A DNA stretch of 25,601 bases, from positions 1 through 25,601 of the forward strand of contig JBHLLU010000054.1 in NCBI GenBank assembly GCA_048938895.1, written 5' to 3'. This stretch comes from Promethearchaeota archaeon. Its GTDB lineage: Archaea; Asgardarchaeota; Lokiarchaeia; Sigyniarchaeales; SOKP01. This document shows, piece after piece, positions 9,026 to 20,526 of the stretch (positions are counted from its first letter, which is position 1; every line of letters starts with the position of its first letter). The notes below the pieces were generated by a model. That model was not told the origin of the DNA. It ran no database searches and was given only the letters and a program-made list of their open reading frames with translations. The translations under genes and the position numbers were made by a program.

Positions 9026-11269
9026 TTAGTAGGATGTATGCGTGCTGCTCATATTGACTAATTGGGGTAAAATAATACAAGAAGGATAGTCTGGACCAGT
9101 TAAAAGTGTATTATTTGCGATATTGTAATTCAAATAACTGCGAGCTAATGGGGCACCAGTATTTGGGTTTGCAGCAAATCTAGGGTAATTTGAACTCGAG
9201 ATTACTACTCTGATTTTATGCCCTGGAGCAAAAACATAAGCAGTAGACCAACAATCAACAAGTAGTTCATATACATCAGTTTGATTACCTGACATGAACA
9301 CATCTGTGGTATAATTAAAGCGTGATCTAACTGTTAGTGAACCATCAGTTATTAGCATTGATCGTCCATCGGGATAAACATCAGTAAGTTTGACCGTAAA
9401 ATCCGTATCTGTACAATTGGATGTAATAAATAAATTACCCATGATTCTTCCTACAGTTTCGATCGACTCTGTTAGCACAGGAGTTTCAAAAATTAAAACG
9501 TCAGATCTATTTTCAATTTTTCTTTGATCCATAGGACCAGCAAGATCAAATGGTTGGTTTTGACCACCTAGATTAGGGACAGGATCACGAGGATCATATA
9601 GATAAGAGAAATTCCTATTTAAAGGAGGCAGAGTACTATTAATTAAACTCCCACTTGCATTAAAATACCATTTATCATCAACATGGTCAAGAGGCCAATC
9701 GTATGCATACCTCCAATAATTCCATTCTTTTGAGGGGGTATCAACATCACCCATCAAATAATATCCTACTCTTGTACCATCCCATTTAATACTTTTCCTT
9801 AAAAGAGCCGCATCAAATACTTTTTTCTCCCAATTAAATATCATATCAAAACCAATTGAGTTTTCCGGATAAATTAAATCACCTTGTTCAGTCGACCAAA
9901 TATTAACATGTGTCCAAGGACCCATAATTAATTTCTGATGCCCTTTTGCTGTTAGTGTTCCATTATCATCGTATCCAATATAACCATCTAATGTTCCTTG
10001 TAAAAAATGGTCATACCATCCTCCAACATGTATTCCATATACAGAAATATTCGAATAATGAGGTCCAATTGGGTTTGATAGAGATGTTGAATTATAAAGT
10101 GTTTCATTTTTTGGACTTGAATAAGTAAAAAGAGTATCTATTTGGTATTGCCAGTTATCAGGAGCAGTACTTTGTATCCATGTCTCTACAGAGGATTTAT
10201 GATAAGATCCTTGGTATATTGCATGATCATACAATTCTGGAGTACCAAACCATAATTGTTGTGCAACTAATCCTTCAGGAGCCATCCCCGCATAAAAATA
10301 TTGATTTATACATAGAGCAGAAGGGCCAGCACTTGCAATTTTACCATTACACCAGCTTCGATCTAAAATCCAATTTATAGTATCTACCCCATCTTGATAT
10401 GATTTAGTAAAAAGTAAGAATCTATCACCCCCTTCGGAATCATGTGTACCTCTCATATCCTGAATAACCAAGTGATAATCTTGTGTTGAATAGAAGGTTC
10501 TATACATACTCATTCCATTTTTACCATAAGGTGTTCTTATAAGAATTACAGGTTTTGGAGATCCAAAAGATCCTGGAGCAATATATACATCAGTTGCTAG
10601 TTTTATACCATCTCTCATTTCTATCATGTAAGTCTTCTTTTCTGGAGGTGCGTAGGTTGCGGATAGTGTAATAATTGTTGAAGGAATAAAGATTAACAGT
10701 ATTAAACCAGCAACTTTCCCGTATTTTGGGATTCTATTTAGTCTTCTTTTATCATATTTCTCTATCAGTTTTTGAAGTGATAAATCTCCAATTTTTAATC
10801 CATAATGCAGATATGCTATCAGACTTATAGCAATGGCGGCTATTGAGAAATAATTTAATTCAATGAAGAGAAACCAAATTATTCCTATCAAAGGAATTAT
10901 AATATTGAATAATTTTACCATAAGATCTAAATATTTAAATCTAAAGTTTTTGCTAATGTGTTTAAGATAAGAAGTGGTAATTAAAAGAGAGTAAAAGGAG
11001 ATAAAAATCGCTATAGGAAAGTAAATCATACCGAATAAAATGAGTGATATCTGTTTTATACTAAAATAAATCTTTTCATTTTTATTAAATAACTTTATTT
11101 CTTCATCTAATTCGTTATCATGATCTTTATGATATCTGAAGTAATAAGCGATCACATAAATTCCGCGGCAGATTATCAGCATTAGTAAATTTGTAATAAA
11201 TATATCTTCGAGATTTAGGAATCTTAAATTATAAAGAAAAAAGAATACCAATATTATCGAATCAATCAT
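9026..11269 (-). CDS. CocE/NonD (X-Pro dipeptidyl-peptidase-like, S15) hydrolase with N-terminal multi-TM region
   Basis: MRDGIKLATDVY, RTPYGK, QDMRG, nucleophile elbow GPSAL, GGWYD, GPWTH, YDPRDPVP, DTDFTVKLTDVYPDG, SSSNYPRF. Start at 11269 or 11350 (uncertain). Confidence 0.88.
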   Translation of the reverse strand: MIDSIILVFFFLYNLRFLNLEDIFITNLLMLIICRGIYVIAYYFRYHKDHDNELDEEIKLFNKNEKIYFSIKQISLILFGMIYFPIAIFISFYSLLITTSYLKHISKNFRFKYLDLMVKLFNIIIPLIGIIWFLFIELNYFSIAAIAISLIAYLHYGLKIGDLSLQKLIEKYDKRRLNRIPKYGKVAGLILLIFIPSTIITLSATYAPPEKKTYMIEMRDGIKLATDVYIAPGSFGSPKPVILIRTPYGKNGMSMYRTFYSTQDYHLVIQDMRGTHDSEGGDRFLLFTKSYQDGVDTINWILDRSWCNGKIASAGPSALCINQYFYAGMAPEGLVAQQLWFGTPELYDHAIYQGSYHKSSVETWIQSTAPDNWQYQIDTLFTYSSPKNETLYNSTSLSNPIGPHYSNISVYGIHVGGWYDHFLQGTLDGYIGYDDNGTLTAKGHQKLIMGPWTHVNIWSTEQGDLIYPENSIGFDMIFNWEKKVFDAALLRKSIKWDGTRVGYYLMGDVDTPSKEWNYWRYAYDWPLDHVDDKWYFNASGSLINSTLPPLNRNFSYLYDPRDPVPNLGGQNQPFDLAGPMDQRKIENRSDVLIFETPVLTESIETVGRIMGNLFITSNCTDTDFTVKLTDVYPDGRSMLITDGSLTVRSRFNYTTDVFMSGNQTDVYELLVDCWSTAYVFAPGHKIRVVISSSNYPRFAANPNTGAPLARSYLNYNIANNTLLTGPDYPSCIILPQLVNMSSTHTSY

Positions 11270-11339
11270 AAACTTATATTGAGATAAAGATATTAATAAA
11301 ATTATCTGTAAATAATTAGGATTCAATATATAACCGCGT

Positions 11340-12797
11340 ATGGAAAACAAAAAGCGAAATACTGAGGAGACTGCCTTTAGAAGGGCATTTGGAATTCATT
11401 TAACTTCAAGTAAAATCTTTAAAGATTATATTTTTCCTGAAATTCAAGATAAACTTTGGCAATATAAATGGATAGATTTGTATGCGGGTGAAGGAAATTT
11501 AATAATTCCAATATTGAATTCAATTCCTCTTAATGATCGGATAAAATTTTTTAATGATCATGTTTTTCTTTCTGACATTCATCCAGAAATGGTCGAGAAA
11601 TGTATAGAAAATGTAAGAAATTATGGAATTCCTTCTGAAGTCGCTTTAAATAACATTAAAGTTCGAAATAATTTAGAGAACTTCCCTAACTTCTTGAAGG
11701 ATGAAAAATTACCTTTATATCATATTACGAATCCCCCTTATTTATATTTGGGCTACATTAGAAAGCACAAAGAGACTCAGAAGTATTTAAAACTTTTTGA
11801 AGGAAAAAATGAAGGTTATCAGGATCTTTATCAAATCGCTATGATCAGCGATTTAAGAAATAATATTCAAAATCTCGTATATATTATTCCTTCTAACTTT
11901 TTATTTGGGGCTTCAGTTTCAAATAGATTTAGGGGAGATTTCTTAAAATTCTATGATATTAGAAAGATGTTTATCTTTGAAACCAAAGTTTTCGAATTTA
12001 CAGGTACAAATATTTGTATCGGTTTTTTTGAAAAGAAATCAATTCCAAAAGAAGAAAATGTAGAATTTAGTGGATTAAAAATTGAAAATCAAAGAAAACC
12101 AAAAGAAATGAATTATATCCTCAAACCTGAATTTAATTATAGAGCAGGTTCTGAATTTGATGAGTTTCTTAAGGAATACCAGCTTAAAGACACACTCAAA
12201 GTAAAATATTATCTTTTGAAGAAAGATTTATTGGTTAATTCAGGAGGGAACAAGTTAGACGTTATTGATGCTAATAAGTACCAAAACAATCAGTATAAGA
12301 AATTAACAATAGAAGTAAATAATGAGTTTAAAGAAACTATTCAATCGAATATATTATATGTTCGAACAGTCGATACTGGTTCTTACGACGGAAGAGTTGG
12401 GTTAGGTGTAATTTCTGAAGATTTCAATGTAAATGGAATTTATGTTTCTGGGAATACCTATCGGACTCATCCAATCCAAATATTCTTTGAGCCAACAATT
12501 TCATTAACTGAACAAAATCTTTTAAAGAATTATTTTAATTTTATATTAGAGACTTTTAGAGAGAGACTTGATAGTAGCTTTCTTACAACGTACAAATATT
12601 CTAATGCAGAGTATACGAGAAAATACTTAGGCTTAACTCAAGCGAGAAAATTAATTCAAACCTATCCATATACTAATATTTCTCTAAGGCTTAAGGAAAA
12701 GTTAGCTAATTTTATAAGAAAGAAAGATTTTAATGGAGTATTAGAACAATTAAAAACTTGCAAAAAGGAAAGCAATCAATCCGAGATACGCACCTAA
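11340..12797 (+). CDS. Amino (N6-adenine-type) DNA methyltransferase, gamma-type motif order, no adjacent endonuclease
   Basis: Motif I DLYAGEGNL precedes motif IV TNPPY; also DLYQIA, YIIPSNFL and VFEFTGTNICI. Confidence 0.85.
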   Translation: MENKKRNTEETAFRRAFGIHLTSSKIFKDYIFPEIQDKLWQYKWIDLYAGEGNLIIPILNSIPLNDRIKFFNDHVFLSDIHPEMVEKCIENVRNYGIPSEVALNNIKVRNNLENFPNFLKDEKLPLYHITNPPYLYLGYIRKHKETQKYLKLFEGKNEGYQDLYQIAMISDLRNNIQNLVYIIPSNFLFGASVSNRFRGDFLKFYDIRKMFIFETKVFEFTGTNICIGFFEKKSIPKEENVEFSGLKIENQRKPKEMNYILKPEFNYRAGSEFDEFLKEYQLKDTLKVKYYLLKKDLLVNSGGNKLDVIDANKYQNNQYKKLTIEVNNEFKETIQSNILYVRTVDTGSYDGRVGLGVISEDFNVNGIYVSGNTYRTHPIQIFFEPTISLTEQNLLKNYFNFILETFRERLDSSFLTTYKYSNAEYTRKYLGLTQARKLIQTYPYTNISLRLKEKLANFIRKKDFNGVLEQLKTCKKESNQSEIRT

Positions 12798-13622
12798 TTT
12801 TAGGATTAAACTAACTTTTTTAAAATCTTTTCTTACTAAATTGCTTTTCATCATTATTATCACAGCATAAGCAACAACCCCTAAACCGAAAAACATTGAA
12901 ATTAAGAAGAGCATACGATTAATTATTTCCGTAAAATACGGTAAGATAAAGAAGATAATAGCAAAAATTGCAAAGATCATTGATATTTTCGTGGATTTTT
13001 TGATCCCAATTCTTATAGCAAGAGTTTTAACTCCTTCTTTTTCGTCTCCTTCAATATCTTCGCATCCTTTAATAATTTCTCGGGAAAGTAAGAGGAAGAA
13101 TGAAGTCAAAAAGAAGAAATAGATATAAAACGGCACATTCGCATTATTTAATATAGCACCATAAACAAGACCAATAGAAAATGATACACTTACAATAATG
13201 TTTCCCATAAATCCGCTTTTTTTACCCCACGCAGCATATAACCAACCAATAAATACCATAAAAGCAGCAATAATAATGTTTAGAAATCCTCTGTTGAATA
13301 ATAAACCATGAAAAATAGCTACAACAATACCAATTATAGCAGCAATTAACCATAATATCTTTGCTTGTTTTAAAGTAATTGATTCTCTCGGGATAGGTCT
13401 ATCGGGACGATTTATTTTATCAATTTCCACATCATAATAATCATTTATAACATTTCCCGAACCAGCGATAAAAAAGTATGTAACAATACCCAATACAATA
13501 TTGATAATTAAAATAGGCACCTCCACTCCGACTCTGGTATTTAAGATACCAATTATCACAGTTAAGCTTCCCATAAGACAGTTAAGAGGACGGAGAATTT
13601 CAAATGCATCCTTTGCTTTCAT
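12750..13622 (-). CDS. Digeranylgeranylglyceryl phosphate (DGGGP) synthase, UbiA family
   Basis: ILRPLNC, NVINDYYDVEIDKINRPDRPIP, REIIKGCEDIEGD...GVKTLA; directly downstream of GGGP synthase. Confidence 0.92.
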   Translation of the reverse strand: MKAKDAFEILRPLNCLMGSLTVIIGILNTRVGVEVPILIINIVLGIVTYFFIAGSGNVINDYYDVEIDKINRPDRPIPRESITLKQAKILWLIAAIIGIVVAIFHGLLFNRGFLNIIIAAFMVFIGWLYAAWGKKSGFMGNIIVSVSFSIGLVYGAILNNANVPFYIYFFFLTSFFLLLSREIIKGCEDIEGDEKEGVKTLAIRIGIKKSTKISMIFAIFAIIFFILPYFTEIINRMLFLISMFFGLGVVAYAVIIMMKSNLVRKDFKKVSLILKLGAYLGLIAFLFASF

Positions 13623-13649
13623 ATTTTAATTCTTCTCAAGAATGAAATT

Positions 13650-14468
13650 TTAGTTTATTGAATAATTCTTCTTTTGATTACTTCCAGCAGATTTTATTTC
13701 TTCGATAATACCTTTTAATGATGTTCCATTGTCTTTTAAAACATTATTTTCAAGGAAAGTCCCCATAACGACAATATCAGCACCTGCTTCAACGAAAGTT
13801 TTCGCATCCTCTTTATTACCTACACCACCCCCGACAATCAAAGGAATATTAAGGATTTTTGAGCACATTTCAATATGCTCTTCTGGAATCCTTTCACTTC
13901 CAGAACCTGCTTCTAAATAAATCATTTTAAACCCAAACATCTCTGCTGCTAAGGCATAAGCGGTGGTCAACTTTGGTTTATTCCTTGGTAATAATTTAGC
14001 ATTGCCGATCCATCCAGCGCTGGCTCCTGGTTCTATTATTAAATAAGCCATCGAAATATATTCCAAATTAGCAGCTTTAATAGTATATGAAGCTAAAGCT
14101 TGTTCTCCAACGATAAAGTGAGGATCTGCAGAATTTAATAAAGACATGAAGAAGATAGCATCAGCATATTGAGAAATATTGCTAATTCCTCCAGGGAAAA
14201 TGATCAAGGGAACTTTTACTTTTTCCTTTATTTGTATTATGGTTTTATCCACAAATGTTTGATTAAAGACAGTACTTCCCCCTATCAAAATGGCATCAGT
14301 TCCCGCTTCTTCGGCATATGCAGCCATTTTTGCTGCCTTATTTGGGCTCTGCCTCAATGGATCTGGATCAATTAGGGAGAAGTGTAAAGCTCCTTCATCA
14401 TTTATTTTCTTAATAATATACTCATAAGTACTTTTTTCGACATACTCATCAATTATAATATCAACCAT
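13650..14468 (-). CDS. Geranylgeranylglyceryl phosphate (GGGP) synthase, group II-like
   Basis: HFSLIDPD, ILIGGS, IFPG, FFMSLLNS, YLEAGSG, LIVGGG, GADIVVMGT; Trp in SAGWIG at the aromatic-anchor position. Confidence 0.95.
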   Translation of the reverse strand: MVDIIIDEYVEKSTYEYIIKKINDEGALHFSLIDPDPLRQSPNKAAKMAAYAEEAGTDAILIGGSTVFNQTFVDKTIIQIKEKVKVPLIIFPGGISNISQYADAIFFMSLLNSADPHFIVGEQALASYTIKAANLEYISMAYLIIEPGASAGWIGNAKLLPRNKPKLTTAYALAAEMFGFKMIYLEAGSGSERIPEEHIEMCSKILNIPLIVGGGVGNKEDAKTFVEAGADIVVMGTFLENNVLKDNGTSLKGIIEEIKSAGSNQKKNYSIN

Positions 14469-14490
14469 ATTATCACATCTTTTACATCAT

Positions 14491-15882
14491 TTATTTCTTT
14501 TTAGTGTTAACAACCATTCTTTTAATTTTATCATAAATTCTAATAATATTTTCCTTCCATTCTGGAAATTTAGTAGGATTTTCAGGAAAACTTTTGTAAA
14601 GCCTCGAAATTTCATTCATTCTAATTCTCAAATAGTTTAAATCCAATAATAGGTTAGGACGGGATATTCCTTTGAATGCTTTTATTGCCATATTTACTAA
14701 TGATAAATTTAATCCACCTTTCGATGATATCTCTAGAATTTCATCCCCACTTAATAAATCACGTTCTAAACCAAAATTTAAATCCTCATTTGATAAGTGT
14801 TGTAGAACTATTCTTAATAAATCTAAAGCGGCAAATTCAGCTCCAAAACTTGTCATGACACTATGATTATAGTCCCATAATGCATTAACTGAATAATCCT
14901 CTTTTCCGATAGCAGAAGTAGCAGAAATAGCAGCATAATAACCTGCTCTCATTGAAGGATCTATTCCTCCACCATGAAGCGGATTCACCTGACAAGCAGA
15001 ATCCCCAATAAGCATTATCCCATTGTCAGTGCAAGACCATAATGGTCTTCTTACTGGAACTACACCCCCTCCCGAAGAAATTATTTCATATTTAGAGGTT
15101 TTAATAAACTCTTGAAAAACATTTTTTTGGTAGAAATCCTTTACTCTTCCCTTGTAATCCATAAAAGCTCCTAAGCCTATGTTAACGGAAGATCTATTCT
15201 TTGGGAAATACCAGATATATCCTCCTGGGGCTTTCTCCTGATCAAGTATTATTGTTATGTATTCAGGATCTTGCACTTCTTGGTCTTTTGATGAAAATCT
15301 TACGATTTCACGATAACATAGAATACTATCTTCTTTGGAAATGGTAGTTTCGATAAGATTACTAGAAAGAGCTTTTCTTAAAGGAGAATAAAAACCACTC
15401 GCATCAATTAAAACTTTGGATTTTAATTCAATCTTTTCTCCATTTGTTAATTTTACCTTTAAACCACTAACAGTACCATTAGTGTAAATTAAATCTAAAG
15501 CCATAGTCTTATCTAAAAATTGGTTTACACCAACATCAATAGCCTCGTTCAATAATCTTTGACCAAATTCTAATCTATTTACAATATACCCTGCTTGTTT
15601 CGGATCAACTAAAGTTAAACATTTCTTTAGGTTTGGTGAATATAGTTTTGCTCCTTTTATATGACAAGATAGCTCATCATTTCTTGGATGATTTATGTTC
15701 AAAAGGTCAAATATCTCATTTCCAACTGCATCTCCACATATCTTATCCCCGATTTTATCCCTCGGTTTCCCATCAATAAGACATACGTTTAAACCATTTT
15801 TAGCAGCAAACCTCGCGGCAGTGGTACCACCTGTACCAGCTCCGACCACAATAACATCAAACGATTTTTGGATGTTTTCCAT
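14491..15882 (-). CDS. Geranylgeranyl reductase (digeranylgeranylglycerophospholipid reductase)
   Basis: VVGAGTGG FAD-binding motif, KICGDA, PGGYIWYFP (YxWxFP), GDSACQVNPLHGGGI; in the lipid operon. Confidence 0.9.
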   Translation of the reverse strand: MENIQKSFDVIVVGAGTGGTTAARFAAKNGLNVCLIDGKPRDKIGDKICGDAVGNEIFDLLNINHPRNDELSCHIKGAKLYSPNLKKCLTLVDPKQAGYIVNRLEFGQRLLNEAIDVGVNQFLDKTMALDLIYTNGTVSGLKVKLTNGEKIELKSKVLIDASGFYSPLRKALSSNLIETTISKEDSILCYREIVRFSSKDQEVQDPEYITIILDQEKAPGGYIWYFPKNRSSVNIGLGAFMDYKGRVKDFYQKNVFQEFIKTSKYEIISSGGGVVPVRRPLWSCTDNGIMLIGDSACQVNPLHGGGIDPSMRAGYYAAISATSAIGKEDYSVNALWDYNHSVMTSFGAEFAALDLLRIVLQHLSNEDLNFGLERDLLSGDEILEISSKGGLNLSLVNMAIKAFKGISRPNLLLDLNYLRIRMNEISRLYKSFPENPTKFPEWKENIIRIYDKIKRMVVNTKKK

Positions 15883-15945
15883 GAAATTAGTATTGTATTC
15901 TTTACTTAATTTTAAAATTTTTGATATATCATTAAATTAAAATTG

Positions 15946-16698
15946 TTATAATAGAGTTAATAAATATATAATTAAGGTACTTCCTAAGGGAACGGTTAAA
16001 TCATCAAATGTACTAGGGGAAATTAATTCAATTACTGTTGCAAGAGCACTTGTAATTAGTGAATATAAAATGATTGTAATAAAAGAGAGTGGATCTTGAA
16101 AAGCAGGAATTAATAACCCAAATAGAAAAAATGATACAAAACATACTATGAATGAAGTTATAAAGAACGTTGTTGAACCTTCAAGAGTTCTTTTTGAATT
16201 TGTCCAAGGTAAGCTAATACCAATCTTACCCCAACGTTTTCCAATTACCGAAGCTAGTGTATCAGCCACTATCATTATCAATACTCCCGAGATAGGAAAA
16301 TAAAAATTATCGGGGGCGATAATTCCGAAAATAAAGACTAATGAAGTAATTGAAAGGCAATAAAAAAATGGTCCTTGAAGATAAGCTCTTTTTAAACCAT
16401 CTTCTTGTTCTTCTGAGATTGCATCATATAACTCCTTTAATTGCTTAACTTTTGAATCTTTTGAACTGAAATATACGAATAACGTTAAAGTTCCTGCTAT
16501 AATAGTTGGCCAAAATGGCCAAAAGTAAAATGTTGAGCTTAATATCGCGAGTCCCGCAAACATATGAACTGCTTTACGAGCAGAGAATTTGGAAATTTTA
16601 CCTTTTTTATAAAATGTTAATGGTATAAATATGGTTAGAAGAATATAAATATACGCAATTAAAACTACAAATAAATCCCATAAGAAATTATAAGCCAT
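15946..16698 (-). CDS. CTP-dependent polyprenol kinase family protein (phytol/farnesol/dolichol kinase-like)
   Basis: ARKAVH, GPFFY, ADTLASVIGKRWG, KRTLEGS, DDLTVPL; multi-TM. Probable start ATG 16698. Confidence 0.82.
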   Translation of the reverse strand: MAYNFLWDLFVVLIAYIYILLTIFIPLTFYKKGKISKFSARKAVHMFAGLAILSSTFYFWPFWPTIIAGTLTLFVYFSSKDSKVKQLKELYDAISEEQEDGLKRAYLQGPFFYCLSITSLVFIFGIIAPDNFYFPISGVLIMIVADTLASVIGKRWGKIGISLPWTNSKRTLEGSTTFFITSFIVCFVSFFLFGLLIPAFQDPLSFITIILYSLITSALATVIELISPSTFDDLTVPLGSTLIIYLLTLL

Positions 16699-16828
16699 AA
16701 TGAACAATACAGTTTATTAATAAACCAAAAAAGAATTGGTAGCAATAAAATCTTACTAATAGAAAGGATTTTATTACTTTAAAGAGTATGATTGATATTA
16801 TAACAAATGTAAAAAAAACATCTAATAT

Positions 16829-18013
16829 TTAGAGCTTAGTTGGGGGTAATGGGGGTACTTCATTAACATTCCATTCATCTACTAATGGATATGACCACCA
16901 ATGTTTAGGAATGGTATCATAAACACCATATTTTTCTAAACCTCTAGTAAATGCTTCAACATTTTCCTTAGGAGCTTGGATATGGTTTACTTGGGGATAG
17001 AAATAAGCGCCAAAACCTCCTTCTGGAGTTCCAAGATTTCGAATCATATGCCACACTTCTCGTTCGCATTCTTCAGGAGTGCCTAATGTGTAGATCGATT
17101 GAATATTTACACAAGCCCACATCATGATTTTTCCTCTGAATTGATGCAATTCAGGATATCCAGTCATTCGAGGGCTATCTAGCTCCAGAGAATCTAATTT
17201 CCAATCAATTAATTGAGGGATTATAGGGTCAATTTTCCCACAGCAGTGAAGATGAAAATCACACCCCAGTTTATGTGCTTTTTCAATTAAAGATCTGTAT
17301 ACCGATTCATAAAATTCTTCAAATAACTTTGGACTGAAGAATGGTCCCTTTTGTTCACCCAAGTCATCATAAATAACAAATCCATGAGGATCTCCATCAT
17401 GTTTTACCCACATTTGCTCATAATTTAAGTAAATTTCTGTTATTCGATTCAAAAGTTCCTTGAGGTTTTTCCGATTTTTGTAATGATCTAGCAAAAAATT
17501 GCTAAAACCTCTCATTTGATTAGCAACCTGAAAAGGTCCAAGACCGAGTGAGCACATCCGATATTTTTCTCTAGCTTGGTATTTAGCTGTCTGAATAGCG
17601 AAAGAATATCTATCATGATCATCGAAATTTGGAGTATAAATTTCAAAATACTCATCAAGTTGATCATAATCTAGCAGTGAAGGTCTTCCAGGGTGTCCCA
17701 TGGTCTCAATACCCCCTTTTATCCAAATAGTACCAAATTCATCTATTTCCTCTCGGGGTATATTAAACCAATTATTATATTTAGGATTTTTAGCCCAATC
17801 TGGTTTATCCCATTTCCATAATCCATATTTTATTAATTCATCAGCCCCATGAGGGAATAATCCCTCTTCATTTTTATTATGGCCTGGTTGCCAATTTTTA
17901 GAGGGTAGCGAAAATAATGTATAGACATCGCTCCCACTGCTAAATTTCCAAATTGGGACTTTATCTGGCTTTTCGAATTTTAGAGCTTTTTTAACCCGTT
18001 CGATTGATTTCAT
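16829..18013 (-). CDS. Uroporphyrinogen decarboxylase superfamily protein (corrinoid methyltransferase-like)
   Basis: ERVKKALKFEKPDKVP, DEFGTIW, MRGFSNFL, DDLG...FFSP, HLHCCG, GTPEE. Confidence 0.8.
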   Translation of the reverse strand: MKSIERVKKALKFEKPDKVPIWKFSSGSDVYTLFSLPSKNWQPGHNKNEEGLFPHGADELIKYGLWKWDKPDWAKNPKYNNWFNIPREEIDEFGTIWIKGGIETMGHPGRPSLLDYDQLDEYFEIYTPNFDDHDRYSFAIQTAKYQAREKYRMCSLGLGPFQVANQMRGFSNFLLDHYKNRKNLKELLNRITEIYLNYEQMWVKHDGDPHGFVIYDDLGEQKGPFFSPKLFEEFYESVYRSLIEKAHKLGCDFHLHCCGKIDPIIPQLIDWKLDSLELDSPRMTGYPELHQFRGKIMMWACVNIQSIYTLGTPEECEREVWHMIRNLGTPEGGFGAYFYPQVNHIQAPKENVEAFTRGLEKYGVYDTIPKHWWSYPLVDEWNVNEVPPLPPTKL

Positions 18014-18140
18014 GTTTAAAATGCCTTATTATAATTACCTTTAGATCATATAGATATAAAGAATTTAGGATAGATTAAGATTATTCCTCAAAACTTAAAT
18101 CTTATAATAAAATAGATATAAAATATTACATTTAGAATGA

Positions 18141-19511
<1,371 letters not shown>

Positions 19512-19657
19512 TATATTCTAGCTATATATTTTCAGGATATGGGATTTTCGCAGGTAATTCATGGTATTTATACTCAGATTAGAATTAGAGTAAAAAAAAA
19601 GAAAATTAGTCAAATGGACTTTCCATAGATCTTCTATTTAAATCTTGAGAGGAAAAG

Positions 19658-20524
19658 TCATTTCAAAGGCTTATCTAATATTTCAGAAAAAATTAGAAAT
19701 TCTGAAAACTCAAATGGTTTTAAAAAATAACCCTCGAATTCTACTTTTCTTAATCCTTCTTCTATTTCGCTGTAGGGAAAGGCGGTCATCAAGAATATTT
19801 TATAATCGTTGTCTCTATGCATTGATCTAATTCTCGTACATAATTCATATCCATTTAAATCTGGGAGAAGGATATCTAAGAGAATTATTTTAGGATTTCC
19901 ATTTTTTAAAACTTCAATGGCTTCATTTCCACTTAAAACCGATTTACAAGAGATATCGAATTTCTCAAAGTATTTTATAAGAACTTTTAGTGTAGGGGCA
20001 TCATCGTCGACAATTAAAATATCATACTGCTCTGATTCGTAAAAATTTTCTAATGAATTCTTGATTTTTTTCTCAAGTAAAATACTTGAATTAAAAATTT
20101 CTCCTACAATAGTTTCTATTTCATTATTAATTTCTTCATTATATTGCTCAAGAAGTATCTGGGAATTTGCTTTAATAGATGTTAATGGTTCTTTTAGATC
20201 ATGTGAAATTTTTGGTAGATTAACTATATATTCCTTATTTAACCCTTCTCTAAGCCTTCTATTGATATATTCATTTACACTTTCTCTGATTAATTTAGAA
20301 AAACCTTTCAATTCTCCTGATTCTTCGATAAATTCTTTCCAATAATTTTTGATTTCCTTCGAAACATACAAAGAAATCCTATCCTTATTTCTACTATAGA
20401 TTTTATCCCCCTGCCTCCATTTCTCAAATTCTTTAGTTATTTTACCTCGCCATATAGCTTTTTTGCCTGTTTCCTCTTCAAATTTTTTCATATCTAGTTC
20501 TATTTGGGATTGACTACTGGACAT
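19658..20524 (-). CDS. Multidomain regulator: short N-terminal module, ribbon-helix-helix-like domain, HisKA and receiver (no HATPase)
   Basis: RISLYVSKEIKNYW...FSKLIRESVNEYI (RHH-like); SHDLKEPLTSI (H-box); receiver with VDDD, LLDILLP, MTA and KPF. Start ATG 20524 or GTG 20536. Confidence 0.8.
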   Translation of the reverse strand: MSSSQSQIELDMKKFEEETGKKAIWRGKITKEFEKWRQGDKIYSRNKDRISLYVSKEIKNYWKEFIEESGELKGFSKLIRESVNEYINRRLREGLNKEYIVNLPKISHDLKEPLTSIKANSQILLEQYNEEINNEIETIVGEIFNSSILLEKKIKNSLENFYESEQYDILIVDDDAPTLKVLIKYFEKFDISCKSVLSGNEAIEVLKNGNPKIILLDILLPDLNGYELCTRIRSMHRDNDYKIFLMTAFPYSEIEEGLRKVEFEGYFLKPFEFSEFLIFSEILDKPLK

Positions 20525-20526
20525 GC

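Noticed and set aside
11270-11350. Head-to-head overlap of the CocE and methyltransferase genes
   Set aside because: Probably an ORF-extension artefact. Using ATG 11269 leaves a 70-bp AT-rich divergent promoter region.
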